Shown: positions 23,660 through 34,362 of the stretch, in pieces | Numbering within the stretch: position 1 is the first letter of the stretch | How the letters are laid out: each line of letters opens with the position of its first letter | Source of the DNA: Somniosus microcephalus | Lineage: Eukaryota | Length of the DNA stretch: 64,000 bases | Direction: 5' to 3' | NCBI GenBank assembly: GCA_052327205.1 | Contig: JBMRGM010000035.1 | Coordinates: 56,916,001 to 56,980,000, forward strand | Notes under the pieces: model-generated | Told to the model about the DNA's origin: nothing | What the model saw: only the letters and a program-made list of their open reading frames with translations | Database searches by the model: none | Made by a program: the position numbers and the translations under genes

Positions 23660-24406
23660 TGTTTAAAAGGGATGAGCTGTCATTCCCTGGTCATTCTGTG
23701 TCTTTTTAAAAGTGATGTTCGGCCAGTTCCGGATCATTCTCTGTCTGTTTAAAAGGGATGTACTGTCAGACCCGGATCGTTCTGTATCTGTTTAAAAGGG
23801 ATGTGCTGTCAGTCCCGGATCATTCTGTGTCTGTTTAAAAGGGATGTTCTGTCAGACCCGGATCATTCTCTGTCTGTTTAAAAGGGATGTACTGTCAGAC
23901 CCGGATCGTTCTGTATCTGTTTAAAAGGGATGTGCTGTCAGTCCCGGATCATTCTGTGTCTGTTTAAAAGGGATGTTCTGTCAGACCCGGATCATTCTGT
24001 ATCTGTTTAAAAGGGATGTGCTGTCAGTCCCGGATCATTCTGTGTCTGTTTAAAAGGGATGTTCTGCCAGTCCCGGATCATTCTGTGCCTGTTTAAAAGG
24101 GATGTACTGTCAGACCCGGATCATTCTGTATCTGTTTAAAAGGAATGTACTATCAGTCCCGGATCATTCTGTGTCTGTTTAAAAGGGATGTTCTGCCAGT
24201 CCCGGATCATTCTGTATCTGTTTAAAAGGGATGTGATGTCATTCCTTGATCGTCCTGTTTCTGTTTAAAAGGGATGTGCTGTCACTCTCATATCATTCTA
24301 TTTCTGTATAAAAGGGATGTGCTGTCAGTCCCGGATCATTCTGTGTCTGTTTAAAAGGGATGTGCTGTCATTCCTAGATCATTTTTTAACTGTTTAAAGG
24401 GGATGT
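23660..24406. repeat. 43-bp minisatellite, about 17 units
   Basis: Unit CTGTTTAAAAGGGATGTGCTGTCAGTCCCGGATCATTCTGTGT; period 43 (TTTAAAA at 23791 and 23834). Confidence 0.95.
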
Positions 24407-26105
24407 TTAAACAAGGAAGGAGGTTGTATGATGCATATCAGGCGAATTCTTCAAGGCAGAATCAGACCAAATATAATAAGTTGAGAGGGGATGTGAAGAT
24501 ACAAATAAGATTGGCAAAGAGAGTATGAGAGTAGAATGGCGCGAAACATAAAATGGAACCCAAAAATCTACTACTGGCATGTAAACAGTAAGCGGGTAGT
24601 AAGAGGCGGGGTGCGGCCTATTAGAGACAAAAAAGGCTTGCCATAATTTTCCAGTCTTCCCTAGATGCGGGGGAGGTGCTTGAGGACGTGAAAGTGGCAA
24701 ATGTGACACCATGTTTCAAGAAAGGCTGTAAGGATGATCCAATCACTAGAGGCCGGTTAGTTTAACATCAGTGGTGGCTAAAGTTTTAGAAACAATAATG
24801 AAGGAAAAATTAACGGGCACTTGGAGAAGTTTAAGCTAATTAAGTAGCGCCAGCACGGATGTGTAAAATGCAGAACGTGCTTGGCTAATCTAATTGAATT
24901 TTTTGATGAAGTAACAGAGAAAATTGATGAAGTGAGTGCAATGGATGTTGGCTACATGGATTTTCGGAAGGCGTTTGACAAAGTACCACAGAAAAGGCTG
25001 GTTAACAAAATTGAGGTTCATGGAATAGGTGAGTCAGTGGCAGCTTGGATAATGAATTGGCTTAAGGACAGAAAACAGCGAATTGTGGTAAATGGCTGTA
25101 CTTCAGATTGGAGGATGGTAGACAGTGGTTTTCCACAAGGGTCAGTGCTGGGGCCACTGCCTTTTTTAAATGTATATAAATGACCTGTATATTGGAATAC
25201 AGAGTAGAGTTTCTAAATTCGCCGATGACTCCAAACCTGGGGGTGTGGCACACAGTGATGATGATGCCAATCGACTACAACAGGACATAAAAAGGCTAGC
25301 AGAACGGGCAGACAAGTTGCAGATGGGATTTAATACAGAGAATTGTGAGGTGATGCATTTTGGCAGGACGAACAGGGAGAGGTAATATACACTTAAAGGC
25401 ACAGTTTTAAATAGTGTGCAGGGACAGAGAGACCTGGGAGTTAATGTACATAGGTCCCTAGATATGGCAGGACATATTGAGAGAATGGTTAACAAAGCAT
25501 TTGTGATCTTGGGCTTTATATATAGAGGTATTGAGTACAAAAGTAGAGAAGTTATGCTGAGTCTTTATAGAGCGCTGGCTAGGCCACAACTGGAGTATTG
25601 CATCTCATCTGGTCACCACACTTTAGGAAGGATGTGAAGGCCCTTGAGAGGGTGCAGAGGAGTTTTACCAGAATGGTTCCGGGGAAGGGGGGTCTTAGCT
25701 ACAAGGACAGGTGGGAGAAGCTGGATGTGTTTTCATTAGAGTAAAGGAGGTTGAGGAGTGATTTGATAGAAGTGTACAAGATAATGACGGGTTTCGATAG
25801 GCGAGACCGGGAACGGCTTTTCCCACTAGTTGATGGTACAAGGACTAGGGGATTTAAGATTATAGGCAAAAGATACAGGGGGGTGTGAAGAAACAAAGTT
25901 ACACACTGGTGATGACCTGCAATTCACTGTCGTTGGAAGTGGTGGAATCAGAGACACTCAATGTTTTCAAGGGGAGACTGGATCGGCATTTGAGAGAAAT
26001 AAACTTGCAGAAATACGGCGATAGTGCCAGGGAATGGCACTGACTTGATTGCACTACAGAGAACTGGCACCGGCTCGAATTACCTCCGTCTGTGCGATTA
26101 TGACC
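24407..26105 (+). mobile_element. CR1 LINE, 5'-truncated, degenerate
   Basis: ORFs 24881-25183 (DFRKAFDKV, PQGSVLGP), 25170-25385 (FADD) and 25416-25637 (RPQLEYC). Confidence 0.9.
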
Positions 26106-26207
26106 CTATGATTAAATCGGGTGAGTGCACAGTCACGGATCATCAATTGTATAAGTCTTTTTAACAGGAGTGCGAAATTAGCTGTGATGACCCCGTTGTT
26201 AAGGTTG

Positions 26208-26299
26208 GGGTTCAGGCCGGGATTTGAATACGGGATCTCTCGCATTTTTTAAGCAGCGAAATTTCCTGAACGAGAATCAGACCTCTAGACCAACCAACC
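26208..26299 (-). tRNA. tRNA-Pro(AGG) pseudogene with 19-nt intron
   Basis: Reverse complement GGTTGGTTGGTCTAGAGGTCTGATTCTCGT TC AGG A [AATTTCGCTGCTTAAAAAA] T GCGAGAGATCCCGTATTCAAATCCCGGCCTGAACCC. Confidence 0.85.
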
Positions 26300-26466
26300 G
26301 CCGATTTTGGGCACGAAGTTGTATTAGGTTTCCCTGCGCTGTTGCGAACCCAGTTCGCAGAGGACCTGTTCATTAATATGAAATATGTTTGTATTTTCCT
26401 AAATCCACTGCTTTATATGAGCCGTTTCCCTGAATCTGCTCACAATTCTCTCCACCGCAAGAAGAT

Positions 26467-26555
26467 GGTCACGTGGCCAAATGGATAAGGGGTTTGACTG
26501 CGGTGCGGATCGTTCAGTTAGCAGATAATTGCAGATTCGAGTCCTACCGCGGTCG
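26467..26555 (+). tRNA. tRNA-Arg (TCG/CCG-type body, anticodon now GCG) with 16-nt intron
   Basis: GGTCACGTGGCCAAATGGATAAGGGGTTTGA CT GCG G [TGCGGATCGTTCAGTT] A GCAGATAATTGCAGATTCGAGTCCTACCGCGGTCG; length 89 = 73+16. Confidence 0.85.
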
Positions 26556-26749
26556 TTTAAATAACTAGGCGAAACTTTTTCTTCACTGTTCTGAATCTGA
26601 CAGCCCCTCACCTGAAGATAACGGAAGGCCTTTTGCTTATATGAGCTGATTGTACGTTTTCAACATTGTAGGTCTGTGTGCACGGGAAGGACAAGCGGTT
26701 AAGGGGACTTTCTTTCAGAGTGCTTCTGCTTAGATGCAAATTGCAGGAA

Positions 26750-26873
26750 ATAGAAACATAGAAGATAGGAGCAGGAGTAGGCCATTCGGCCGCTCGAGCC
26801 TGTTCCGCCATTTAATCAGATCATGGCTGATCATCCAAATTCAGTACCATGTCCTCGCTTTCTCCCCATACCC
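26750..26873 (-). mobile_element. CR1 3' tail fragment
   Basis: TAGAAACATAGAAGATAGGAGCAGGAGTAGGCCATTCGG, same subfamily as the copies at 3990 and 34363. Confidence 0.85.
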
Positions 26874-26893
26874 CTGGGAAGGGTTGAGCGCAG

Positions 26894-26942
26894 TGTAATC
26901 CATTGTGCTTTGCACGTGAGGGTTCGAATCTCGTCCTCGTCG
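26894..26942 (+). tRNA. tRNA-Ser(GCT) 3' remnant
   Basis: TAATCCATTGTGCTTTGCACGTGAGGGTTCGAATCTCGTCCTCGTCG. Confidence 0.8.
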
Positions 26943-27282
26943 TTATTCCGTTACACGTTTGATGCGGATAAACCTTCCGAGCATTTCACAGAATTTTGCG
27001 TAAAATAGGCTTTGTAATCGCAATCCCGTCAAAATCACACTGGTGACTCAGGTCTGTGCACCTGCACGCTTCATATTTTGTTAAAATTAAAACAGACCAC
27101 TGGAGTTCTTGAATGAAGGTAGAGCGGGAATCGGAGATTGAGAACCATCCCTACCTGTCTTCCTTCCTCTGCGATTGGCACCAAATGAAAAACTAGTGGG
27201 AACAAAGACAAAGAATTAGGGAGCAGAAACATATCTTTATCGTTTAGGAGGAAATGTAATTTCAAAAATATTTATCAAACTT

Positions 27283-27533
27283 AATAAGGAGATTTTCTGT
27301 TTTAGTGTCTTTAGTTGAGAGATAAATAATGGGCAGTACAATGGGGAGAAATCCTCGTTCTTTTCGGCATACTCTCATGTGATCTGAAGACTCAGTTGAA
27401 CGTCATACTAGAAAGATGGGACCGCCGACAGTGCAGCACTCCCTCAGTACTGCAATGGAGTGTTAGCCTGGATTATGTGCTCAAGTCTCTGGAGTGGGGC
27501 TTGCGTTTGCTACCGCTGAGCCACGGCTGACAC
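27283..27533 (-). mobile_element. SacSINE1-like remnant
   Basis: Paralog of 23300-23554 with the same internal deletions. Confidence 0.8.
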
Positions 27534-27865
27534 CAAAACTCAATTCATTCGGCTGGAGTGAAATGACGGAGCTAAAGGGAAAAATCATAGTGGAGTAAAA
27601 CTTTAACTTGGCGCCCTAGAAAAATCGCGCATTGTAATCGGCCGCCCGTTATACAAACCGCCCAATTTATCTTTCCATCGATTTCATAAGCAATAAAATC
27701 AGGCCTGTCTATAATGGGCGGGGTCGTGGTCAGTCAAGGATCACTCTGGGTCTGTTTCAACCGGGTGCGCTCACAATCCCGAATCATTTAGTGTGTTAGT
27801 CCATTTTAAAGAAAAGCAATTCCAGTTGTGATGACCGAGTTGGTGAGTTTTAACTAAATGCGGCG

Positions 27866-27929
27866 GGGCTCTCGCATTTTAATTTGCAAAATTCCCTCAG
27901 CGAGAATCATGCCCCAAGCCCAAAGAGCC
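27866..27929 (-). tRNA. tRNA-Pro(AGG) remnant with 17-nt intron, 3'-truncated
   Basis: Reverse complement GGCTCTTTGGGCTTGGGGCATGATTCTCGC TG AGG G [AATTTTGCAAATTAAAA] T GCGAGAG. Confidence 0.8.
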
Positions 27930-28524
27930 GCCGATTTTTGTATCGAAGTTGCATTAGGTTTCTCTGCTCTAGTGCGAACCCAGTTCGCAGAGGACGTGTT
28001 CATGAATTTGAATTATGTTTATCTTTTCCTAAATCAACTTCTTTATATGAGCAGTTTCCCTGAATCTGCTCACAATTCTCCCCATAACAAGACTGTCGGC
28101 GACAACCTAATTGTGGTATGGTGTTTGGGCGATTTTCTACACGTAACTTCCGTCCTTTTAATTCTCAACATCATGTTCCGGTGAATCGTTGTTTGTGTTC
28201 AACATGATGTCGAAATAACTCGTGAGTTTACACATCTTCTCACTTATGCCAAAGATTTAGTCACTGCGTTCAAATCGAATCTATTTCCATTCACATTATT
28301 CTTTGCCTGATAATTGCTGGTTTAACAGTTAAAACTGGCCCCACCTGCCCTCCTGTCAATAATTAACACTGAAGGGCTCCTTTAAACCTCCCATCCGTTA
28401 TTGGAACACGGTGGGCCTGAGGAACCTAAGAGCCCACGTGGAACAGCTAATAAATAGACAGTTTGTGGAAACACCACTCGTACCTTCGGCTCCGGTAGAA
28501 ATATCACACCGCAAAAGCATTGAT

Positions 28525-28621
28525 TACTCTAGGTGAAGCTCGAACTCACAGCCTCGACATATCTCGTAACCTGGCACTGTTACATAAATACCGCGTAGCT
28601 AACCGGTTGCGCCACTAGAGC
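28525..28621 (-). tRNA. tRNA-Ile(TAT) with intron, degenerate
   Basis: Reverse complement GCTCTAGTGGCGCAACCGGTTAGCTACGCGGTATTTATG[TAACAGTGCCAGGTTACGAGAT]ATGTCGAGGCTGTGAGTTCGAGCTTCACCTAGAGTA; an intron is normal for vertebrate Ile-TAT. Confidence 0.9.
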
Positions 28622-29124
28622 TGCGCTTGATTGGTATTAGTTATCCGTGCTCATTTACTTGCACATCTCAGGTTGTCCAATCGTGCAGGGGCGCAATGTT
28701 GTTTAATTGAGGCGCATTGGCTGGGTTTATATGAATGATTGAAGCAGGAGTTACTCTCATGTGTTAGCGAGCTGGTGAATTTACCAAAAGCTGCACCAGA
28801 TCCTGGTGTCATAAGTACTGAACATTTTTCCCCAACTCCTACAATACAGTCTGCAAAATGTGAACCGATGAAAATTCATCACATGCAAAACAAAAAAACG
28901 TTTTAAAGTTTTGCCCATGATTCGTTAACCATGTGAGTTACCGGTTGATTAATGACGATTACAACAAACTTCTCACACAGTCTAATGAGATGTATGTAAT
29001 AGAATAAACAATTTTCGTAAAGTTTACTCCTCGACGTGGAATGGAATCCGTATTGCAGGGTAAGAGTATTTGTAGATGACAATTGCTGTTCTGAGCTGTT
29101 TCTCTAATTATTTAATGAGCAGCA

Positions 29125-29185
29125 GTTTCCGAAGTGTAGCGGTTATCACTTCCGTCTAAAGTACAACACGTCCCTGGTTCAATCA
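29125..29185 (+). tRNA. tRNA-Val-derived pseudogene
   Basis: GTTTCCGAAGTGTAGCGGTTATCAC...GTCCCTGGTTCAATC; inverted paralog at 41822. Confidence 0.7.
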
Positions 29186-30014
29186 TGTTTTGCAGGTAGA
29201 GATTAATAAAATACATTAACAGCCACACGGTATTCTCCTTTTCTCTATACAGTTCTGTACACACTCAAAATCTACAGAGATACCGACTGTGTGAGAGATC
29301 ATTACAGAATCCTGCAGCGCTGCCTCTGTTAATAGCAACAGTTCGGAGCCGCATTTCAGACGCGGCAACAAACCCATGAGTTGGTTTGCTGTTCCCCAGC
29401 TCCCGGAGTGAGTGAGGCCGGGACAGCAGCGAAGTTCAAGCTGTCTGTCCGGCCCTGCTTTCTCCAAGCGCCCGCTGCCGGTGGAAAGCAGCGATTGCAG
29501 CCTCAGAGAGCGTAAACTGCCCATCGCTGTGAAATAAGATATCACTAAAGCAGAGGAGCGCAGAGATTTGCATCTATAGCGTGTAGGTGAGGATGTCGAG
29601 TTTGATATCGATCGACTCATTGTTTTAGAACCGTTGAAATTGAATCTCTCTCCGGCAGATGTTGCAGGCTTACGTATGAAAAGTGCCCTCGAGGTGCCGT
29701 GTCGTGGGACAATTTAAAGGATCAGCACAGTTAATGCCGAGAACAAATTAAACAGTAGCTCAAGCTGATGAACCTTGCGCTGGTGGAAATCCTGGAGGGA
29801 GATTTAGAGGAAGCGACAGTGGGAAGGGCTGTATTGCGATTCTAACACTTCTCCAAGCACATTCCGGGCAAGTCATCGACAGTAATAAGAGGGCTTGGAA
29901 CCGGAATGGAACCGCGGGCACACGTCTCAGTCAAAATGCAATGGACAATAAATGACAAATCTATTTGATTTGCGTTTGATAACCAGTTGATTGGGCCTGT
30001 ATTTTAGACAGAGT

Positions 30015-30082
30015 GACTCTTTAGTCTAGGGTTATGAATCTCGCTTTGTGGATTGTAGATTGAAATTTACGAAAGGTGAGCC
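30015..30082 (+). tRNA. tRNA-Pro remnant with ~17-nt intron and T-arm deletion
   Basis: GACTCTTTAGTCTAGGGTTATGAATCTCGC TT TGT G [GATTGTAGATTGAAATT] T ACGAAAGG TGAGCC. Confidence 0.65.
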
Positions 30083-30614
30083 TCTTTTTAACGTCGACTT
30101 CTAACTTTGGACTTGCGCTCAAAAGTTGTTCTAATCCGCCTAAGAAATGATTGGTCAGGACCAAAATCATTCTCCATCAATCTCCAGCGGCTTAGGAGGA
30201 AGGTCAATGCAAACTGTCATGCAAATATCATGGCTTTAAAGACAAACAATTAAAGTATTTTTTATCAAACAATCCCCGGTGATGGTTATAAGTATATTTG
30301 TGTGTGTCCATAATAGGTACGAACGTATTTGTGAGTTGATGTTGTGTTAGATGTAAATGCATTTGCACTTCTGTTGGTTACAAATATGTTTAGATGTATC
30401 TGCAATATTTATTATTGTATTGAGTGGGGGAATCTGTGTCAGTTATAGATGTATTTCTGAGCGCTTCAAATATCCAGTCCGGCCCCATTCTACCTTCTCA
30501 TTGCCCCCACGTGGGACACGGCAGACCATCTGTTACATTCGGATTCAACTTTTGCTTTTATTGACACTTAAAAAATGTGAGGTTCAGAAAGTAATAAATC
30601 TGCATCCATCAGCC

Positions 30615-31200
30615 TCTCTGATACCTCTTGAGCGTCCCTTACTCTGTCTGATTGGCCCTGAGCGTCCCTTACCCGCTCCAGAACCTCTTGAGCATCCCTT
30701 ACACTGTCTGGTACATTCGGAGGGTCCCTTACCCTGTCTGGTAAATCGGGAGCTTCCCTCGCCCTTTCTGAAACATCCGGAGCATCCCTTACACTGTCTG
30801 GTACATCGGGAGCTTACATTACCCAGTTTGGTACATCCGGAGCGTGTCTTACCCTATCCGATGCACCCGGAGCATCCCTTACCCTGTCTGATACATCCGG
30901 AGCGGCTCTTACCCTGTGAGATATATCCGGAGTGACCCTTACACTGTCTGGCAAAACAGGAACGTTCCTTACCATGTATGGCAAATTCGGAGCGTACCTG
31001 AAACAGTCTGGTACATCCGGAGCGTCCCTTACACTGTCTGCTACATCCGGAGTGTCCCTTGCCCTGTCTAGTACAACAGAAGCGTCCCTTACACTGTGGG
31101 GTAAATCCAGAGCGTCCCTTAGACAGTTTGGTATATCCGGAGCGTCCCTTCCCCTGTTTATTACATCCGGAGCGTCCCCTACTCTCCTTGATAAATCCTG
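30615..31200. repeat. 30-bp minisatellite, about 19 units
   Basis: Unit CCGGAGCGTCCCTTACACTGTCTGGTACAT. Confidence 0.92.
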
Positions 31201-31657
31201 AGCCACCATTTTAATTTTTGATACCAAGTTTGCCAAAATTGCACATTTCACCCTTCATCCGCAGCTATGTAGCGCATCCCGTCGCTCACGCTCATCAACT
31301 GTTAAGGAAAAGCGGCAACTACCAGGTGAACAATCCCAGTTGTTCAGTTAGCCTCCCCAGTGCACTTCATTTCCCAAGGAATGTTCTTGTGCAATCGGGC
31401 TGCTTTGGTTCCAAAGGCCGGCCCTGCTGTCGCAGAGCTTGTCTGTCGAGAGGTCCCGCTGGTCTAAATCAATCGACTGCTTTCAATGCACCAACTCAGA
31501 TTGGGGAGAATGGCACATGTGCCCCAGGAACAGCGCTGGGAGCAGAGCATATTTACCGGTTTAAGTAGGTGAAAGTGAATGTTAGCAGGAAAGTTACAAT
31601 GACATTGAAGGAGGAAAGTAAAGGAGGGCTATTGATTGTGGAAGGAAGAAGAATCTG

Positions 31658-31729
31658 TGCCGTGACTCGGATTCGGACCGAGGTTGCTGCGGCCACAGCG
31701 CAGAATACTAACCGCTATATGATAACGGC
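31658..31729 (-). tRNA. tRNA-His(GTG), degenerate
   Basis: 72 nt, about 6 differences from the His-GTG consensus, including the B box. Confidence 0.9.
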
Positions 31730-31845
31730 GCGACACATCAAGTACTGGAGCTCTGCTCTGACCACCACAAAGTAACACATGGCACTGCTTAGAAAAGATG
31801 GATTATCGGTGAAGAGTTATAAATCAGCACCGCCAGAAATTAGGA

Positions 31846-31893
31846 AGTGGTGAAATTCGACCCAGGCTCCGCAGCGTTTGGAGCCTTCATCCA
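31846..31893 (-). tRNA. tRNA-Leu remnant
   Basis: Paralog of 20904-20955 in the same His-Leu-Thr cassette. Confidence 0.55.
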
Positions 31894-31985
31894 GAATGGG
31901 AACTAGTGCAGCCGCAGTTACATTTAAAAGAATTTTAGCCTTTTCACACGGGAAGAAGCTCACCCCTAGAGATTCATTAAAAAAA

Positions 31986-32061
31986 TGGCCCCGCTGGGAG
32001 TCGAACCCAAGGTCTACACTCTTTACTAGACAGACGCTTTGACCAGCTAAGCCACGGGGCC
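31986..32061 (-). tRNA. tRNA-Thr(AGT) pseudogene
   Basis: Reverse complement GGCCCCGTGGCTTAGCTGGTCAAAGCGTCTGTCTAGTAAAGAG...TTGGGTTCGACTCCCAGCGGGGCCA. Confidence 0.88.
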
Positions 32062-32656
32062 GAATCCCAATACAATTTCTCGCCTCCACTCATTGATATC
32101 TATCAGCTACCAGTCACTGTCTTCTGGACTCTCAGACCGTTGTTTATTTCTCCAGCTCTCTTGTCTATTCCGGCATGTGTTCCATTGCTCTCTGTATCTC
32201 CCGTTTATCTCAGTGTCAAACTGTGAGGTGATTCTGAATGATTACCCTATGTTTGTGTCTTATATGAAATAAATGAGGGGATCAGACAACTCTTCCTCTG
32301 ACACTGGGGAACTAATGAGCCAACATTTATAACAAGATATTGTTTATTGTGATGCAGCAAATACAATATTCCATCTTGAAAGATTCAGGTTCAATTCTGT
32401 GCAAAAGTAACTTTGACCCCAACGTGTTTGCATTTGGCCGCCTTTTAATTTGACGTCACAAAAGCCACCATTGCACCTCAAGGTGATTAATATCTAAGAA
32501 TCAGAGAAGTCAGGCAGTGAAAGTGTATTTCTAGAAAGGGTTGTGAGACTGTGGAATGCACTGGTCCAGCAGAGCAGCAGATTTAAACCAAGGTTTAAAA
32601 ACCGGCTGCGTGTGGGAGGAAGGGGAGAGGGAGGCAAGACAACCACAGAAGGTCTC

Positions 32657-34240
32657 AACAGAAAATGCTGCAAAAACTCAGCAGGCCAGACAACATCCGT
32701 GGAGAGAGAAATAGAGTCAACGTTTCAGGTCGAAACACTTTGAAAAGACTGAAAAAGCACAGGAAATTAAACAGATTAAAATGCCAGGCTGGGAGAGAAC
32801 AAAGGAGAAGTGAAGAGACATTAGGAGATATTCAAAACGAGACGAGATGATGATTGGAGTAGTGGAGACAAAAGATGGCTCTCGATTAGGTGTGAAATGC
32901 GCTGGCAGAATGGGAGACAGCTGGCATGTGGGAGAGAAAAAAGGGGGGAGGGCAAAAATAAAGGTGTGGATAAAAAATATAAGTGAAAATATAATGGGGG
33001 CCGAGGTTATGATTTGAAATTTTTGAACTCTATGTTGAGTCTGAAAGGCTGTAATGTGCCTAATCAGAAGATGAGGTGCTGTTCCTCGATCTTATGCTGA
33101 GCTTCCGTGGAACAATGCAAGAGGCCGAGGACGGTGAGGTCTGAGTGGGAATGGAGCGGTGAATTACAATGACAGGCGACTGGAAGGTCGGCGTCATCCT
33201 TACGGACTGAACGGAGGTGTTCCGCACAGCAGTCACCCAATCTGCATTTGGTCTCCCCAATGTAGAGGAGGCCACATCGTGAGCAGCGAATACAGTATAC
33301 TTGATTGCAAGAAGTACAAGTAAATCGCTGTTTCACCTGGAACGGGTGTTTCGGGCCATGGACAGTGGGAACGAGGGAGGTATAAGGGCAGGTATTGCAT
33401 CTCCTGCACTTGCACGGGAAGGTGCCAGGTGAATGGCAAGGGGTGTTGGAGGTGATGGAGGAGTGGACTAGGGTATCACGGAGGGAGTGGTCCCTAGGGA
33501 ATGCTGAAAGGGGAGGTGAGGGGAAGATGTGTTTGGTGGTGGGATCACGTTGGAGGTGGCGGAAGTGGTGGAGGATGATCCGTTGAATGTGGCGTCTAGT
33601 GGGGTGAAAGGTGAAGACAAGGGGAACCCTATCATGGTTCCGGGAGGGAGGGGCAGGGGTGAGGGCAGCAGTGCGGGAGATAGAATGGACATGGTCGAGG
33701 GCCATGTCAACCATGGTAGACGGGATTCCTCGGTTGCGGAAAAAGGAAGACATCTCGGAAGTACTGGTGTGGAAGGCGGCATCATCGGATCGTATGCAGC
33801 GGAGATGGAGAAACTGGGAGAATGGAATAGAGTCCTTACAGGAGGCGGGGTGAGGAGGAAGTGTAGTCCATATAGCTGTGGGAGTCAGTGGGCTCATGGT
33901 GAATTTTGGTCAATAACCTATCCCCAGAGATGGAGACCGAGAAGTCGAGGAAGAGGAGGGAAGATTCGGAGATGGACCATGTGAAGGTGAGGGAAGGGTG
34001 GAAATTGGAGGCAAAGTGAATGAAAATGTCTAGCTCAGGGCGAGATCAAGCAACGGCACCAATACAGTCATCAATGTACTGGAAAAAGAGACGAGGGAGG
34101 GGACCCGAGTAGGACTGGAACAAAGACTGTTCTACATATCCCACGATAAGGCAACCATAGCTAGGACCCATGCGGGTACCCATAGCAACACTTTTGATTT
34201 GGAGGAAATGAGTGGAGTCAAAGGAGAAGTTGTTATCGTA
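32657..34240 (-). mobile_element. Penelope-like element (RT C-terminus, GIY-YIG endonuclease, pLTR)
   Basis: VAMGTRMGPSY and YIDD (34046-34243); VYCIRCSRCGLLYIGET (33064-33897); interrupts a segment that is contiguous in the paralogs at about 21530 and 49660. Confidence 0.92.
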
Positions 34241-34362
34241 CATTGCAGATCACCTTGGAATCCACTGGCACCGAATCTGATTTAAATCCCCCCACTGTAT
34301 TTAAACACATTTAATGTCATATACACATTTTGAAGCACTTGAGCATATTTTTGAGATTTAAC

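Noticed and set aside
23660-24406. Regular 43-bp repeats suggestive of a CRISPR array
   Set aside because: Units are head-to-tail with no unique spacers, the context is eukaryotic, and there are no cas genes
29216-29620. Similar ORFs at 29216-29620 (-) and 41462-41791 (+) as a conserved protein
   Set aside because: Similarity is explained by the inverted DNA duplication; starts differ and no domain is recognisable
28488-29920. Very short tRNA-like scraps (Tyr-like at about 28490, Asp-like at about 29025, B-box-like at about 29890)
   Set aside because: Too short and too diverged to support a call
30357-31251. His/Cys/Pro-rich ORF resembling a zinc-finger or metal-binding repeat
   Set aside because: A 30-bp minisatellite stays open by periodicity; no C2H2 spacing or splice evidence
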